A stretch of 64,000 nucleotides of DNA from Balanoglossus misakiensis (lineage: Eukaryota > Animalia > Hemichordata), in assembly GCA_040954595.2 (NCBI GenBank), contig CM082587.2, forward strand, positions 5,568,206 to 5,632,205, in the 5' to 3' direction. The notes under the pieces were generated by a model. It was not told the DNA's origin, made no database searches, and saw only the letters and a program-made list of their open reading frames with translations. The translations under genes were made by a program, and so were the position numbers. Every line of letters starts with the position of its first letter. Position 1 is the stretch's first letter. This document shows positions 45,399-64,000 of the stretch, one piece after another.

Positions 45399-48300
45399 AT
45401 GTCTCTCCTGTTCAGCCGTTTACTGCCCGTTTTGTGCAGCCTATTCAGTTGTCTCTGCCCCGTGGCTTGGTCTCAGACGGCATTAGATCCGACTGAAATC
45501 GCCAGTCTGCGCGATTTCATCTCGACCACCATGGCGTGCAAGAATGTCACCGGGCTGACCATCGCAATGGTCCGCAACGGCGAGACCGTCTTCGCCGACG
45601 GGTTCGGACACACCCGTAAAGGTAACGACGCCCCCGTGACCAACGAAACGCTGTTCAATATCGCTTCCATAACCAGGTCTTTCACCGCCGCTATCGCGGC
45701 TCATGCCGTCGGCTACACGCACGCCCTGTGGGACACGCCTTTGAAATCCATGTTGGGTGATGATTTCTGGTTGCAGGATCAGTTCCGCACCGAGCAAATC
45801 AGTCTTCGCGACATTCTGTCCAATAAAGCCGGCATCCCCAGCTACTGGGGCGTGAGTACGGCAGCACTGAATGTTTCGCGAGAAGAACTCGTCAGGTAAG
45901 GGTTTAACACCGTGCTTTGGAATTAGTCTGATTTACTTTCGGTTTAGATGACCTTCTCAGTTGGGTAGGTGAATGGGTGGATTGGGGACCAGTTGGTTGG
46001 TTCCTTTTGTTGGTTGGTTGGTTTGTTGAGTGAGTGAGTGAGTGAGTGAGTGAGTGAGTGATGAGCAAACATTACATAAGTAAAATATGAGTTTTGCCAT
46101 GATGTAAGATGCTTTTAATACTAGTTTACGAAATGAATTAAATCCTCACGTAATATTTTTTTTTACAATTTCTTGTACTTCCATGACACATTATTATCAG
46201 CGTGAAGCTCAATGCGCACGCGTGATTCGTTCGCAGGAGAATGCGATATTTCCAAGATGCCAAGAAGTTTCGTTCGGGGTGGCTGTACAGCAATTACATG
46301 TACGTTCTAGCAGGTTATGTAACGGAAGCGCTCACTGGACAGACCTGGGAAGAAGCCGTAAAAAGTATCATTTTCGACAAATTGGGTAAGACGTAACAGA
46401 AGTCCATCTCGGACTGTTGCATTCTCGTTGCAGATAATTTGTATCGTACATGAATATGTATGTTGGACAGTACAGCCTGTACATTCACCGGGAAACTACT
46501 TCACTAATGGGTGAGGGTGTGCAACCCCTCTGACTGAGACAATACCCACTTTTGCATGTAACTCTAACGTTTAGAATCTGTTAGCTGCTTCTAAATCCCA
46601 AGGTTTACGATTTCACGGGACGAAAATAAAGGTAAACAGGGTAAGGCCGAAAGTTGCCCATTTCTACCCTAGAAATCCTAAAGTACTCCCCGCTTCTGGG
46701 TAAACTATGCGAGAAAGGGAGTCCAATCGAGAACCTATGGGAGGGCACCCCCAGGCTATACACTGCGAATTGCATGTTGGGATACCTATCATTTGATCAA
46801 GGCACGCACAGTCTGTAGTATGACCTGAAGGTGGCGGGGACACGGTGCGCTGATTTCTTTTAGACATTACTATGTGACGTGGCGTTACAAGAAGTCGCTG
46901 TTAACAGGGACCTGGGGAGTCAATCCTGAATATTTTGCCGCGGTAGATCTCAGACAATAGACATACATTTGCACACGTTTTCCGACTAACACTTTCTTCG
47001 TCAAATGCCCTTATAGGAATGAATTCGTCTCGCGTGAGTGCTGAGATGGAGGACGATGATTGGGCAAACACGTGTTGGTCGAGGATAGAGTCCGAGGGTG
47101 ACTGGATTGAAGTGGACGAGCCAGGACAAGTTAGGTAGTGTTGAATGCGGTCAATTATTACTAGAAAATGTTCAGAATAAAAAACAGATTTGCTTCTGAA
47201 ATAATACTGCATGGACATGAAAGTCAGGTCAGTCATAATCTTAGACACACTAGGAGTAAATACATACAATTAGATGATGTAAAATTCAGTCAGTTGCTTT
47301 CGGCGGCATCGCTAAAACAAAAAATGTTAGCGCTAGATCTATGGACGGATTCCGACGGTAAATCTGAAGAAAAGGCGTGCTTTTGTTATATGACACGACA
47401 TTCTTTCGAATAGTAGTTTTCATGACATGGCTTTCCTCTAATATCTTGGCAGCATTTTAGACGAAATCGGACCTGCGGCGGGGATATACTCAAATGCCGT
47501 CGACATGGCGGAGTACGCAAAGTTTCACTTGAACTTCGGCAAAAACCCGGCCGGGGAGGAGGTGGTTCACGGAGTCGCCTTACAAGACACATACGCCCCG
47601 ACGTTTGCGACTGCAACGACCTGCTGTCTGCACAGACCCACGTACCCTATTGACGACACCAGCAATACCTACGGCATGGGTTGGTTTCAGGGGTCGTACA
47701 GAGGTAAACACGAGCCCTTGATATAAGCAGTGCGCATACAAGATGGCCACCGTCAAACATGTCGACTGCTATATTTTCATTAAAAGTAACAAGGTGGTCT
47801 TGCAAGGTTCATTATCATTGCAATCCTAAACTGACAAGTTGTACAATTCAATATTCCCGCCGAATCACCCCGATATGATATTTTAATCCGACAGGATTTC
47901 GGAAGGTCTTTCATACTGGCTCGTACAGCGGATACTATTGTCGTTTGACGCTGTTCCATGGCCAGAATTCGGGTGTCTTCGTTTGTGTGAACAGTCCTGG
48001 GGACAACAGAGGTTATGACGCTGTCTATGCTGTCAGTATGTATGCATCTGATTTGTTGTTAGGTGAGTATGCATATTAGAGTGTGTTTTGCTCTTGTCGT
48101 TTGGTATATTGTAAAACGTTACTTTAACTTTCACTTTAATCTTATGTAAAATGTGCTTACTGTCAGCTTTTGAACTGACTTGAAATTGATGTTTTCTGAA
48201 TAATCATGTGTAAAAGCTGTATTATCAGTTTCGGTTCCACTCGAAAAATCTTGCGAAAATAGTCGACCGTTATGTCAACCTTGTCAATCGCTTTTCTTCT

Positions 48301-48861
48301 CTTTTAGGTCTGGCACCGTGGCTTGACACTAACACTGGGTGTACCTACCCGAATCCTTGGAGGGAACCGGCCAGGACATACCCGCCACAAAGAGCGATGA
48401 CGTATTCCCCCTATCTGCCGCTCAGACCCCTGGCGGATTACGTAGGAGACTATGGCAACTACGCTTTCGGCAACTTCTCAATAACCTACGACGAAGAAGA
48501 AAGGATCTTACGTTACAGTTTCGGGAAGTTGCTGCACGGGACCCTGTCGCCACATCACATTTTGGACACAACATTGTACATGAGGATAGAGGGCGCGGTC
48601 TCCTATCGCGAATATTTCTACTCCACGTACAATCCTTACGGTTGGGCAGTCGACTTTGGCACAGACAAGGACGGCAACATTATCGACCTGACTGTACCTT
48701 ATTTTGAGTATACGTACACGCCGGTCTTCACCAAAGGTGTGAAGATGGACGATGCACCAGAAGCGCAATCTTACTGCGGAGTTAGCAGGGCGCCGTCAAC
48801 AGTCCATCTCACCGAGATCTTGGTCTACATTTCGTGTTTCATCGCCGGGACGCTGATATAA
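45399..48861 (+). CDS. Beta-lactamase-like protein, copy 5 (retains Ser, YSN and HTG motifs)
   Basis: Six exons; FNIASITRSFT, WLYSNYMY, VFHTGSY; signal peptide and hydrophobic tail (ILVYISCFIAGTLI). Confidence 0.87.
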
Positions 48862-50014
48862 TGTTTGTGGTTGAACTCAAAAATTCACTGTCCGGAGAGC
48901 AACTGGTCATGGGGGAAATGTAATATCCAGAATTAAACAAAAACAAAGATGAAAGTACTTCAACCATGCGAACATCAACTTGAAGGCGACTGCATGTTTT
49001 ACTTCCATTTTCTTCAGGCTTCATTTATACTTCGCTGTCGTTTTTTTTCCCGTTAACATAATGGACTGGAAGAGCGGCATATTTCTCCTTCATCTGCCAC
49101 CTTTATCCACTGCCACTAAATGATTCTTTGAGTGACATCTGCATAACATGCTTTGATTGCAGTCTATTCTCTCTGAGTGAGTTGGTCTGATTGGTTGAAT
49201 ATACTAACTAGTATTCACCTGTGCATGATTAGATGTTATAAAATAATTGTCGTCAAATAAAACAATATTGTAAAAAAAGAAGCGTGAAGTATTTTGTTAT
49301 TAAAATAACGCTGAAATATAGCAGCTTCGTCTTCTCCTTCCTAAACTAGCCACATCTGTGGGAGAAATTGGCTAGGTGTGAACTAGTCGGCGCAGCCAAA
49401 GCCGTGTGCAATGCACAGTCGACTGTGCATATCGCATTGGACAGTGTTGATTGAGAAGCATGCAAGGTTTCATCCCGCTCGAGTTGCAACTCAATGTTTT
49501 GACCCATCTGCGTGACTATAACAACGATGTACAGTATACACTGACGAAATAACACCCTTCACTTCATGACACATGCCCCCGGCATCGCATACACCGGTGT
49601 TCGCGTGTCGCGCACCGCTGATAATGGGCGCAGCCATATTGCATTTGCAAAGGATGATGGGAGTTGATTTAGCTTAATCCATTATGAATCCCGGGGTTGG
49701 TTGTGGATTGCATTAAAATCGGGTCATTTCTTTCAGCAAGAGGTGTCAAAATTCCAGGGAAGCTGTAAAGGTATTGCCGTAACATACCTAACTGTACTAA
49801 ACTGATCTGAACCAATAAAAAAACCTACAAAGTCAGATAATGTAAGTTAGTTTGTAAGACGAACCACCCCTATGTATGATCACGTAACCTCCGTGAATAG
49901 GAACGTGAACGATATTGCGAAATCGGTAGCAACTTCCTGGATCAAGTGGTAACATTTCAAACATATTTTGTGGGTTATTTTGCATCCACTGGGAGAAATC
50001 TCTGATCAAACAAC

Positions 50015-56644
<6,630 letters not shown>

Positions 56645-57707
56645 AGAAAATGATCTGCTTTGTCGGGGCAAGATGAGATGAGATCTCAGACGACTCAACT
56701 TGATATCAAGTTGAAAGCCAGAAGGATATAATCCCCGATTGTCAGTTTGTCATCAACGAAAGAAGAATGACTACCAACAACAACAACCACCATCATCAAT
56801 CTGCCATCAGTGCTGCAACTGCAACTATCATCAACACAGATTACGAGAGAAAACATTTCCTGCCAACGTTTCCCACAAATCTCTCGAGAAGAAACATTTT
56901 TTTCTACAACTTATTTCTCAATTCTGTGTTTATTGTAGATCAGAATTGATTAGTACTGGTTACTGCGTAATTAAATAAATCATTCACTGTGGCAGTTCAC
57001 GAATGTTGTTGACCGTAAAACTTCACTTGCAGTGAATTTTCGTCTTCATTATTATGTGCCTGTGGCATAATTTTTGTGTGTGTGATTTGGTTGAGGAGGC
57101 AACCATAGATAGTATAGAGGGGGACGTTAACTAAGGGTATGGTGCACTTGTACTATTCGTACTAATATGTCGTTTGAGGGCGCTCTGGATGCAAAGAGCG
57201 CCCTCAAGCGAGGGGTGGTGGGCTGCTCCCGTAGAAAACTATACGGGTATGTGCCGTCCGGATGGGTCACTTTTTCGTGGGAAAAACCCTAAAAATGGGT
57301 CTCATTTTCAGTTGAAAAATCCCTAAAATTGGGTTGCGAATATCGGAAATTAATAAATGTCCCAATTCCTAGAGAAAAAAACTAACAACGGTAAATGAAC
57401 TGGCCAATAAATTATCATCCGGGAAATCTGAAATTGATAAATCTGTACAAATGTATGCAGTAAAGCGTTTTCATTGTTGGATGTCTAGAACAATGTGTGT
57501 GGGGCCTACCATTGTGAAAAGTAAAAGTGTGAATCTCTGCGCGTGAGAAGCCATTGAACTTGACCAAGGACTCGCCATACGTCATAGCTGGCCTTGCAAT
57601 TGTTTACGGCGTTTCATTATACCTGTAACACGGTTGGCAGTAAGCCTGAGCTTGGGTGTGACGAGACAAGCGAATATAACATCCAGCGTCCTTTAAAAAA
57701 ATTAGCT

Positions 57708-58319
57708 ATGTCGTTGTACCCTCTGAATGGCGAAACAGTGGCCGTTGCTGAAAATGACCATCCTTTGGATTCGAAAGTCCGGAGCGAACCCCTCGTGATC
57801 CAGAAAATAATCAAGGCGTTAAACCTAATCCCGCACGTCGAAGGCGGGTATTTCAGGGAGGTATACCGTTCGGGAGCGGCCCCTATGGCGTCGGGGGGCT
57901 TGACAGACAACGGAGGGGAAGTCATTGCGACGGAAGACCGAGAGCCAAAGCAGCGGAACGTGTGTACCTCCATCTACTACCTCCTCACCAGCCGATCACC
58001 GATAGGCTACTGGCACAGAAACAAGTCGGACATTATCCGGTACCACCACGGAGGGGGTTCCGTTGAGGGGTACTTGATTGGAGAGGACGGGCGACTGCGA
58101 AACTTCAGCCTGGGAGGAAACTTCCAAATGGGCGACGTCCCGCAGGTGGTGATACCTGGTGGGTGTTGGGAAGCCTTGGTCCTGAGCGACGGGGACTGGG
58201 CACTCCAGGGCGAGGCGGTCGCCCCCGGGTTTGACTACAGAGACATGGAGGTTGGTACGCGTGCGATGTTGGACGCTTTCCCCCACCTATCTGACACCAT
58301 CGAGACATTCTTAAAATGA
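57708..58319 (+). CDS. Intronless DUF985 (Cupin_5, YML079W/CFF1-like) cupin
   Basis: LNLIPHVEGGYFREVYRS, TSIYYLL, WHRNKSDII, PQVVIPGGCW and EAVAPGFDYRDME are DUF985 signature blocks; single uninterrupted ORF from ATG 57708. Confidence 0.88.
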   Translation: MSLYPLNGETVAVAENDHPLDSKVRSEPLVIQKIIKALNLIPHVEGGYFREVYRSGAAPMASGGLTDNGGEVIATEDREPKQRNVCTSIYYLLTSRSPIGYWHRNKSDIIRYHHGGGSVEGYLIGEDGRLRNFSLGGNFQMGDVPQVVIPGGCWEALVLSDGDWALQGEAVAPGFDYRDMEVGTRAMLDAFPHLSDTIETFLK

Positions 58320-60881
58320 GGCTGGGCGTCAAAACGTTTACATGTATTTTGCCTTTTCATAAATAACCTTCAGTGAATGCAGTGCTACGAAAAACGATGT
58401 TACGTTGAATGGTCTGATTGCATGTGTGCCTGGCGAGAGGAGCTGTTATCACTATTTTCTCGATTTTATTTCCGTTGTTATACGATTGGCTAGCCAAATC
58501 CTGCCCTGGATTTTGCATTTTCTCTGCAATTGTTTCGCGCTGATGGGCTGATTACACGTACATGTACATGTACATTAGACTCTCTCACAGTCCACGGTTC
58601 GCTACAAGGCTCTTCACTGATGCGCCCTCAACTTCGACCACAAAAACTGACTTGAATAAAGTCGGCAGTATAATGAAATTTTTTTATACAGATTTTAAAA
58701 GTCATCATTATATCACTTTTAAATTTTCCCAATGTATTGCGGTTACACGCCGCTGATGTTCGTGACTAGATGTAGGCTATATTAAATGGGAGTGTCCCGG
58801 CTTTTAAAACAGTGAACTGGTTACATTTGTGACGACATTTAATAAACCCATCGTATTGATGAAGAACTTATGGAGCAGTCATGTTGTATTGTCCAATTAT
58901 TTCTAATTTCTCTCCCCCCCATCTCTCTGTATATATCGTATAATTGCCCAGACGAGAGGAAATAAAAAAAAAATCTTTAATGCTGCATCGGCGATGTCTT
59001 TTGCTGACGTCATCATGAACTGAAATGTGTTCATGATGCTGTAGCCCCAGGCATACCAGTAAATCCGACATGTAAGTCCTACATGTAAATCCGCCTGCGT
59101 TACATAATGCTCTGGTATTGCGGCAAACTTAAGCATTGTTACGCTGCGGAACTGTTTGCCTTTTGTCTTCCGCTGGATGCTCGGATGTTTTCCCGAGGCG
59201 ATTTACCGCTACCGAAAGGTCTTCGAGTACCTGCAGCTGTAATAACTAAACATCCCTCTTGCGTATAAAGTGTTCAGAGCTCGTTCAATAACCTTCAAAA
59301 TGTATAACACAAGCCAGGCACCGTAATAAGCACAAGCCGTCTATTTTAAAACGTTATATTTGAAAATCGCTCATTATTCTGAAAGTGATAGTGCCCGACG
59401 GCTTTCGTGCTCAACAAGGAAAACTGTACGCGAACTCTCTAAGGGTCAGCTGAATGTGTCGCAACAATATCGTTACAGCAATTAAAATGGTATATTCCTT
59501 CTGCACAAATGCCCGGGTTTTTCTCGTGAAGATGTGTGGACATACACATAGACAGAGGGGGAAGATCTATGGCGGACATGTAGCTAACGACACAACGGCG
59601 ATCGTGTGTAATTTAGCGTATGAAACTCATACCGTGAGAACTACCTGGCAAATCTAAAAATGTAAGATATACAATAATAAGGTAATTACGAAAGTACCGC
59701 AATTAAGTCAAAAGGATTAAGACATGTAGCACCGCGCATCACCCTCGATGTACGCTTCGGGCGACACGCAGCTGCGCTAAATGTTAGTCTTCAGGCATAC
59801 TTCACGGTAATTTCGTAATAACCTGAAATTACGTAATTTATATCAACTGCCTCAGTTTAACAGGCGACGACATAAATTTAACAATGGCGAAATTTCGTAA
59901 TGCTAGTGACACGACGCCGTGGGATATTTTGCTACACATGCGTAGATGGTGGTGACGACAAAAGCAAACAAATCCAGTGAAAGTTAAGTGAATAGGCCTA
60001 TATGGAGTGGACATTCTTATTTCGAACCACGGCAATCGGGTTACCGCAACGCTCGCTAATATCACAGCAAACGAGATCCCATGCAATTCTCGTTTGCTTG
60101 TGCCAGAAAGTAAGTACATAATTCCCCTTCTTTACATTTCTTTTCCCCTGGCAAGTTATCCTGGAAAGTCACATTCCGGAGTCAAACGTGGCATCGGTGG
60201 GTTGCCCAAGGTCCCATGCGTGTGGGGGGCCTACAGGTATATAGCCTACGTCACTCCAAGGAACAGTGCGCCGTCACGCATTCTGTCAACACTACAGAAC
60301 AGATCTGGCAAGAATAGAATATTCCGTCTTATTGCTGCCATGAGACGAGCGTCAAGCTTGAGTATCGTCAAAGAAACAGAGATGTCTACAAAAAGGTTAT
60401 CTCCACCTGCAGCTACTTTCGATTCTGTTCTCTGAACGGTTGAGTAAACCTCCGAACTGCCGCGACTCCTAAGGTGTGGCCGCAGTGTACAATTTTCGTG
60501 TTGACGAGTCATTTTCTAACACTTTCTGGCATCGTGTGTTACGTAACTTTCACTGGATGAAACTTGACTTTCAATCATGCTCACTTATCGACTAGGCCCC
60601 TATTTGGATCACAATACCTTTGGGGAAGGGCCGGTGTGATTTAGCGCGGATATGATTTTAGCGAGGATGTCGTCTGATTCAAACTGGCATAGGAGACGTC
60701 AGGTTTTCTCTCCCAGTCTATTAGGGCCTACTTTACTCCAAGTCGTTCTTTTCTGAGTTGGCTACGGATTTGTCAAACCACATTTGTCGCCGTTGTTTTC
60801 TGTCGCAGGACTTGAGGGAATACCTTCCGGGCACAAAAGCAACTAACGAAAGGAAGGATATCGTTCGAGAAAACGGGTGAT

Positions 60882-62772
60882 ATGTCGTCAAAAGACCTCA
60901 CTGGTGTTTGGAAAGTGAGTGCTATTAACTTGTATGGTTTATTTACATTCTCGCCATTTTGTTTTATTTCCCCTTGGGAAATTTTCGTTTTCCTCGCTGA
61001 ACACACAAATATGATACCAACCTCTGATTGTGGCTGTGCATTTAAACTTTCACCAAAAATAAAATATATCTTAAACTGCCCATTGCAAGAAAACACAACT
61101 ATCAGGATACGCGCACATGGGTAGAAGAATCGCTAAACTGGTATGTCAATTAGGATAAGGACATAATTGAAATGTTATCGATTTAAAATACATGTATGTT
61201 TAACGCGGCAGCTATTGTTTGATGCTTAAATTGTAATTAACGAAACTCGATGAATGGTGTTATTTTTATTTCAGACGAAGCATTTTCACTGCATTTTAAC
61301 ATTCTCCTGTTTCACAACGCTCCTGTTCGTTCTCTTGTCGAGATACGTTTCCTTTCTTCCTTCCAAAAGGTGAGTTTCGAAATTCAGAGTATATTTTTAT
61401 GATATGATGTGCCTGGAGTGGTTGAAAGCATTAAAAATCTTCAGAACGACTTGCTAGAATTGTTACACCTCAAATACGTGCATCTCCGGTTATGTCAATA
61501 TATTACTAGCTGTTCACGTGTATTGAATTCGTCGGCAGGTATGTCTTCAAGAGAGTTTACGCAAACGCCAGCGCTCCGTCTCCATGGAGATTGCAACAGT
61601 CCGGGAAGGAAGATGGTCCTAAACTTGAAGAAAGCTTCTCCGCCAGCAATATGTCTTTGTCGCCGCGGACATCACATCGGTCGGGACAAGCCGGCAGCAG
61701 ATGCACTGTGTACAACGATATTGCCTATGTGTTCAATCGGAAAACGGGGAGCTCAACGCTGGTCACCGTCCTCGATCGATTCGCAAAGAAGAACCACCTG
61801 CCGTTTCAAAAATACCTCAACCACCACGGCGGCCAATGGTACTCGGGGACGATGAGTATGTATCGCGTCGTCGGAGAGTACGGCAACGATGGGTCGCCCG
61901 ACGTTGCCGCTCGCACGAGCGGTCGGGTTTTTGTGTCGAGGGAAAACGCAACATTCAACATCGCCGCGGCCGACGAAACAGGGTTACACTTCAAGGCCAA
62001 GTCGCCGGGAACGATCTTGGTGTCCCTTGTGCGCGAGCCTTCTGCGAACTTCGAATCCGTGTTCAATTTTTTCCGCCTGTACAGATTTTCGCGCGGGCTC
62101 AAGGGAAGCAGGATGGCGAAAATGCGAAATTTCTTGCGACGCCCTGTATTCCACCGCGGCTTCATTCCCCGATACTCGATGCCGTGGCGCGTGGCCAGGA
62201 ACGGGCAGGCCTGGCACCTGGGCCTGGATCACGCGTACCACGAGAATTCCACAGCCGTCAAGGAGTACTTCGGCAATCTCGCAAAGGAGCTCGATTTGGT
62301 TCTCGTTACCGAGTACTATGACGAGTCGCTGGTGCTGCTCAGAAAGAAAATGTGCTGGAAGATGGAACACATACTTTACATTGCTCGCAGGGTGCGCGCC
62401 ACTTCCAGACACGTCCCGCTGTCGAAAGCGATGAAAAGGTCCATCTACCGTTGGAATGACGTCGACGCTAAAATGTACCGCATTTTCAATCAAACACTGT
62501 GGCAAAAAATCAAGGAATACGGACCGGCGTTCAACAAGGATCTACAGAACTTTCGTCTGCTCCGGTCTGCCGTTTCTTCGGACTGCGACAAATTCGGCCA
62601 GCTTTCCGAAGAAACGGTCCAGCTCTTGGGAAGATTTAATTCCCATATCGAGGATCCCAGAAAGTTTTGCCGACAGTTAAATTCGTGGTTCAGGCTGTCG
62701 AGGAGTATCAGCGTTTCACATTGGGACCATGGGCATAGAGCGTTTGCTGCAACTATCAAAGGTTGGTGTTGA
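60882..62772 (+). CDS. Galactose-3-O-sulfotransferase (GAL3ST)-like type II Golgi protein
   Basis: Exons approx. 60882-60914, 61275-61369 (TM segment CILTFSCFTTLLFVLL) and 61539-62772. RKTGSSTL (5'-PSB), LVREPSANFESVFNF (3'-PB), LDLVLVTEYYDESLVLLRKKMCW, WNDVDAKMYRIFNQTLW. Confidence 0.85.
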
Positions 62773-62845
62773 CGGACGGGGTTTACAATGTCATGTTTGT
62801 CTTGGCTCTGCCCTGTCCGTCTGTCTTTCTGTTACAGACATATTT

Positions 62846-63090
62846 CACATCATCATCCTCATCATCATCACCACCACCACCATCGTCGTCGTCATCATCA
62901 TCATCATCATCTCAAATATTAACCACCACCACCACCACAAATATTAACTACCACCACCACCATTTCAAATATTAACCACCTGTCCACCACTACCACCACC
63001 ATCATTTCAAATATTAACCACCACCACCATCATCATCTCAAATATTAACCACCACCACCATCATTTCAAATATCAACCACCACCACCATT
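62846..63090. repeat. CAT/CAC microsatellite grading into a TCAAATATTAAC(CAC)n minisatellite
   Basis: About five units of (T/C)TCAAATATTAACCACCACC... read directly. Confidence 0.85.
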
Positions 63091-64000
63091 TTATATATTA
63101 ACGTTATTCTCTCGTTTAACTGTATTTATGCAGGCACTGTGGATCCATTAAAACGCATGGCCCCACAAGATCTGTTGATGGCCAAATTGGACTCCAGTAC
63201 TCGTTGTCTGAGAATCCAGTATCATAAGACCAAACCGGATGAGCCTGGCAAGGCCTTGGATATTTTCATATCATCAAGCTCCTCACCACTGCCACTAAGT
63301 CTAAGTGTGTCGGAATTCGAACATAATTCATACACTGCTTCTTGCGACATCGAGAAATCACAAGATTTCCAGGTGAGAATACAGACGTGGATTTAATTAA
63401 TTAATTGACATATTCTTCGCATTACCTGACTATCCTTCATAATTAATTAAGTAATTAATGAACTAACGTGACGTGTTCAATGAATGAATGAATTTGAAAA
63501 GCAGTGATGGTGTCTTGTTCTTCGCTTTTGTCAACAGGTGACTATGGGAGGGAAGCGCACAACAGAAGGATTCTTGATTACTTCATTGAGTGTGACCAAC
63601 GGCAATTGCAACAGATCAACGATGGCGAAACCCAAACGCCGACGGACAGGCAAAACGGTGCCATGAGATGGTACAGATATGTTGACGAGTTTCGCGAAAA
63701 ATCCCAACCTCCACAAAATGGGGCGGTTACGTACCTGCGTTCCGATTTCGCTGTTGCTATTCACTAGACTAGACTCTATTCTCGCTACCTAACTTAAATG
63801 GGTTTTGCTACCTAGGTGAGCGAGAAAAATCTCAAAATGGCGGACAGAATTTTAAGATGGCGGATTTGTTGCCATATTTAGCAAAGGGGAGTTCATCGGC
63901 TATAAAGTGAGTGTCGGGTCACACTGAAACTTTGTAGTACAATGTGATGAAGTTTAACGAATGTTACATGTACATTCTACAGATAAATGTTTTTACACAA

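Noticed and set aside
46626-46930. SINE-like insertion with a TTTACC-type tail on the minus strand
   Set aside because: No second copy in the window and no clear pol III boxes or TSD.
61701-62759. Overlapping alternative-frame ORFs over the sulfotransferase exon
   Set aside because: GC-rich shadow ORFs without motifs.

Overview
Intron-rich eukaryotic DNA (GT-AG introns, microsatellites, TTAA-flanked MITEs). The gene content suggests an invertebrate deuterostome-like animal; that is an inference. Gene order: 5' part of INTS5 (-), head-to-head with mitoguardin MIGA/FAM73 (+); a two-domain C-type lectin (+); four tandem secreted/GPI-type serine beta-lactamase/PBP-fold genes (+); an SLC5A8/12-like Na+/solute symporter (-); a fifth beta-lactamase-like gene (+); ABCF1 (+); an intronless DUF985 cupin (+); a galactose-3-O-sulfotransferase-like gene (+). 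Three observations stand out. (1) A 1.45-kb stop-free, GC-rich ORF lies inside a MIGA intron, is in splice phase with the upstream MIGA exon, and ends in a TQT motif, an acidic FFAT motif and an amphipathic helix. It is a candidate alternative-last-exon mitochondria-ER tether lacking the lipid-transfer domain. (2) Four of five beta-lactamase-like paralogues have lost both catalytic Ser and Tyr yet keep intact frames, suggesting a surface pseudoenzyme array. (3) An intronless CFF1/DUF985-type cupin in an animal genome. All calls come from manual reading; no database searches were run and exon boundaries are approximate.
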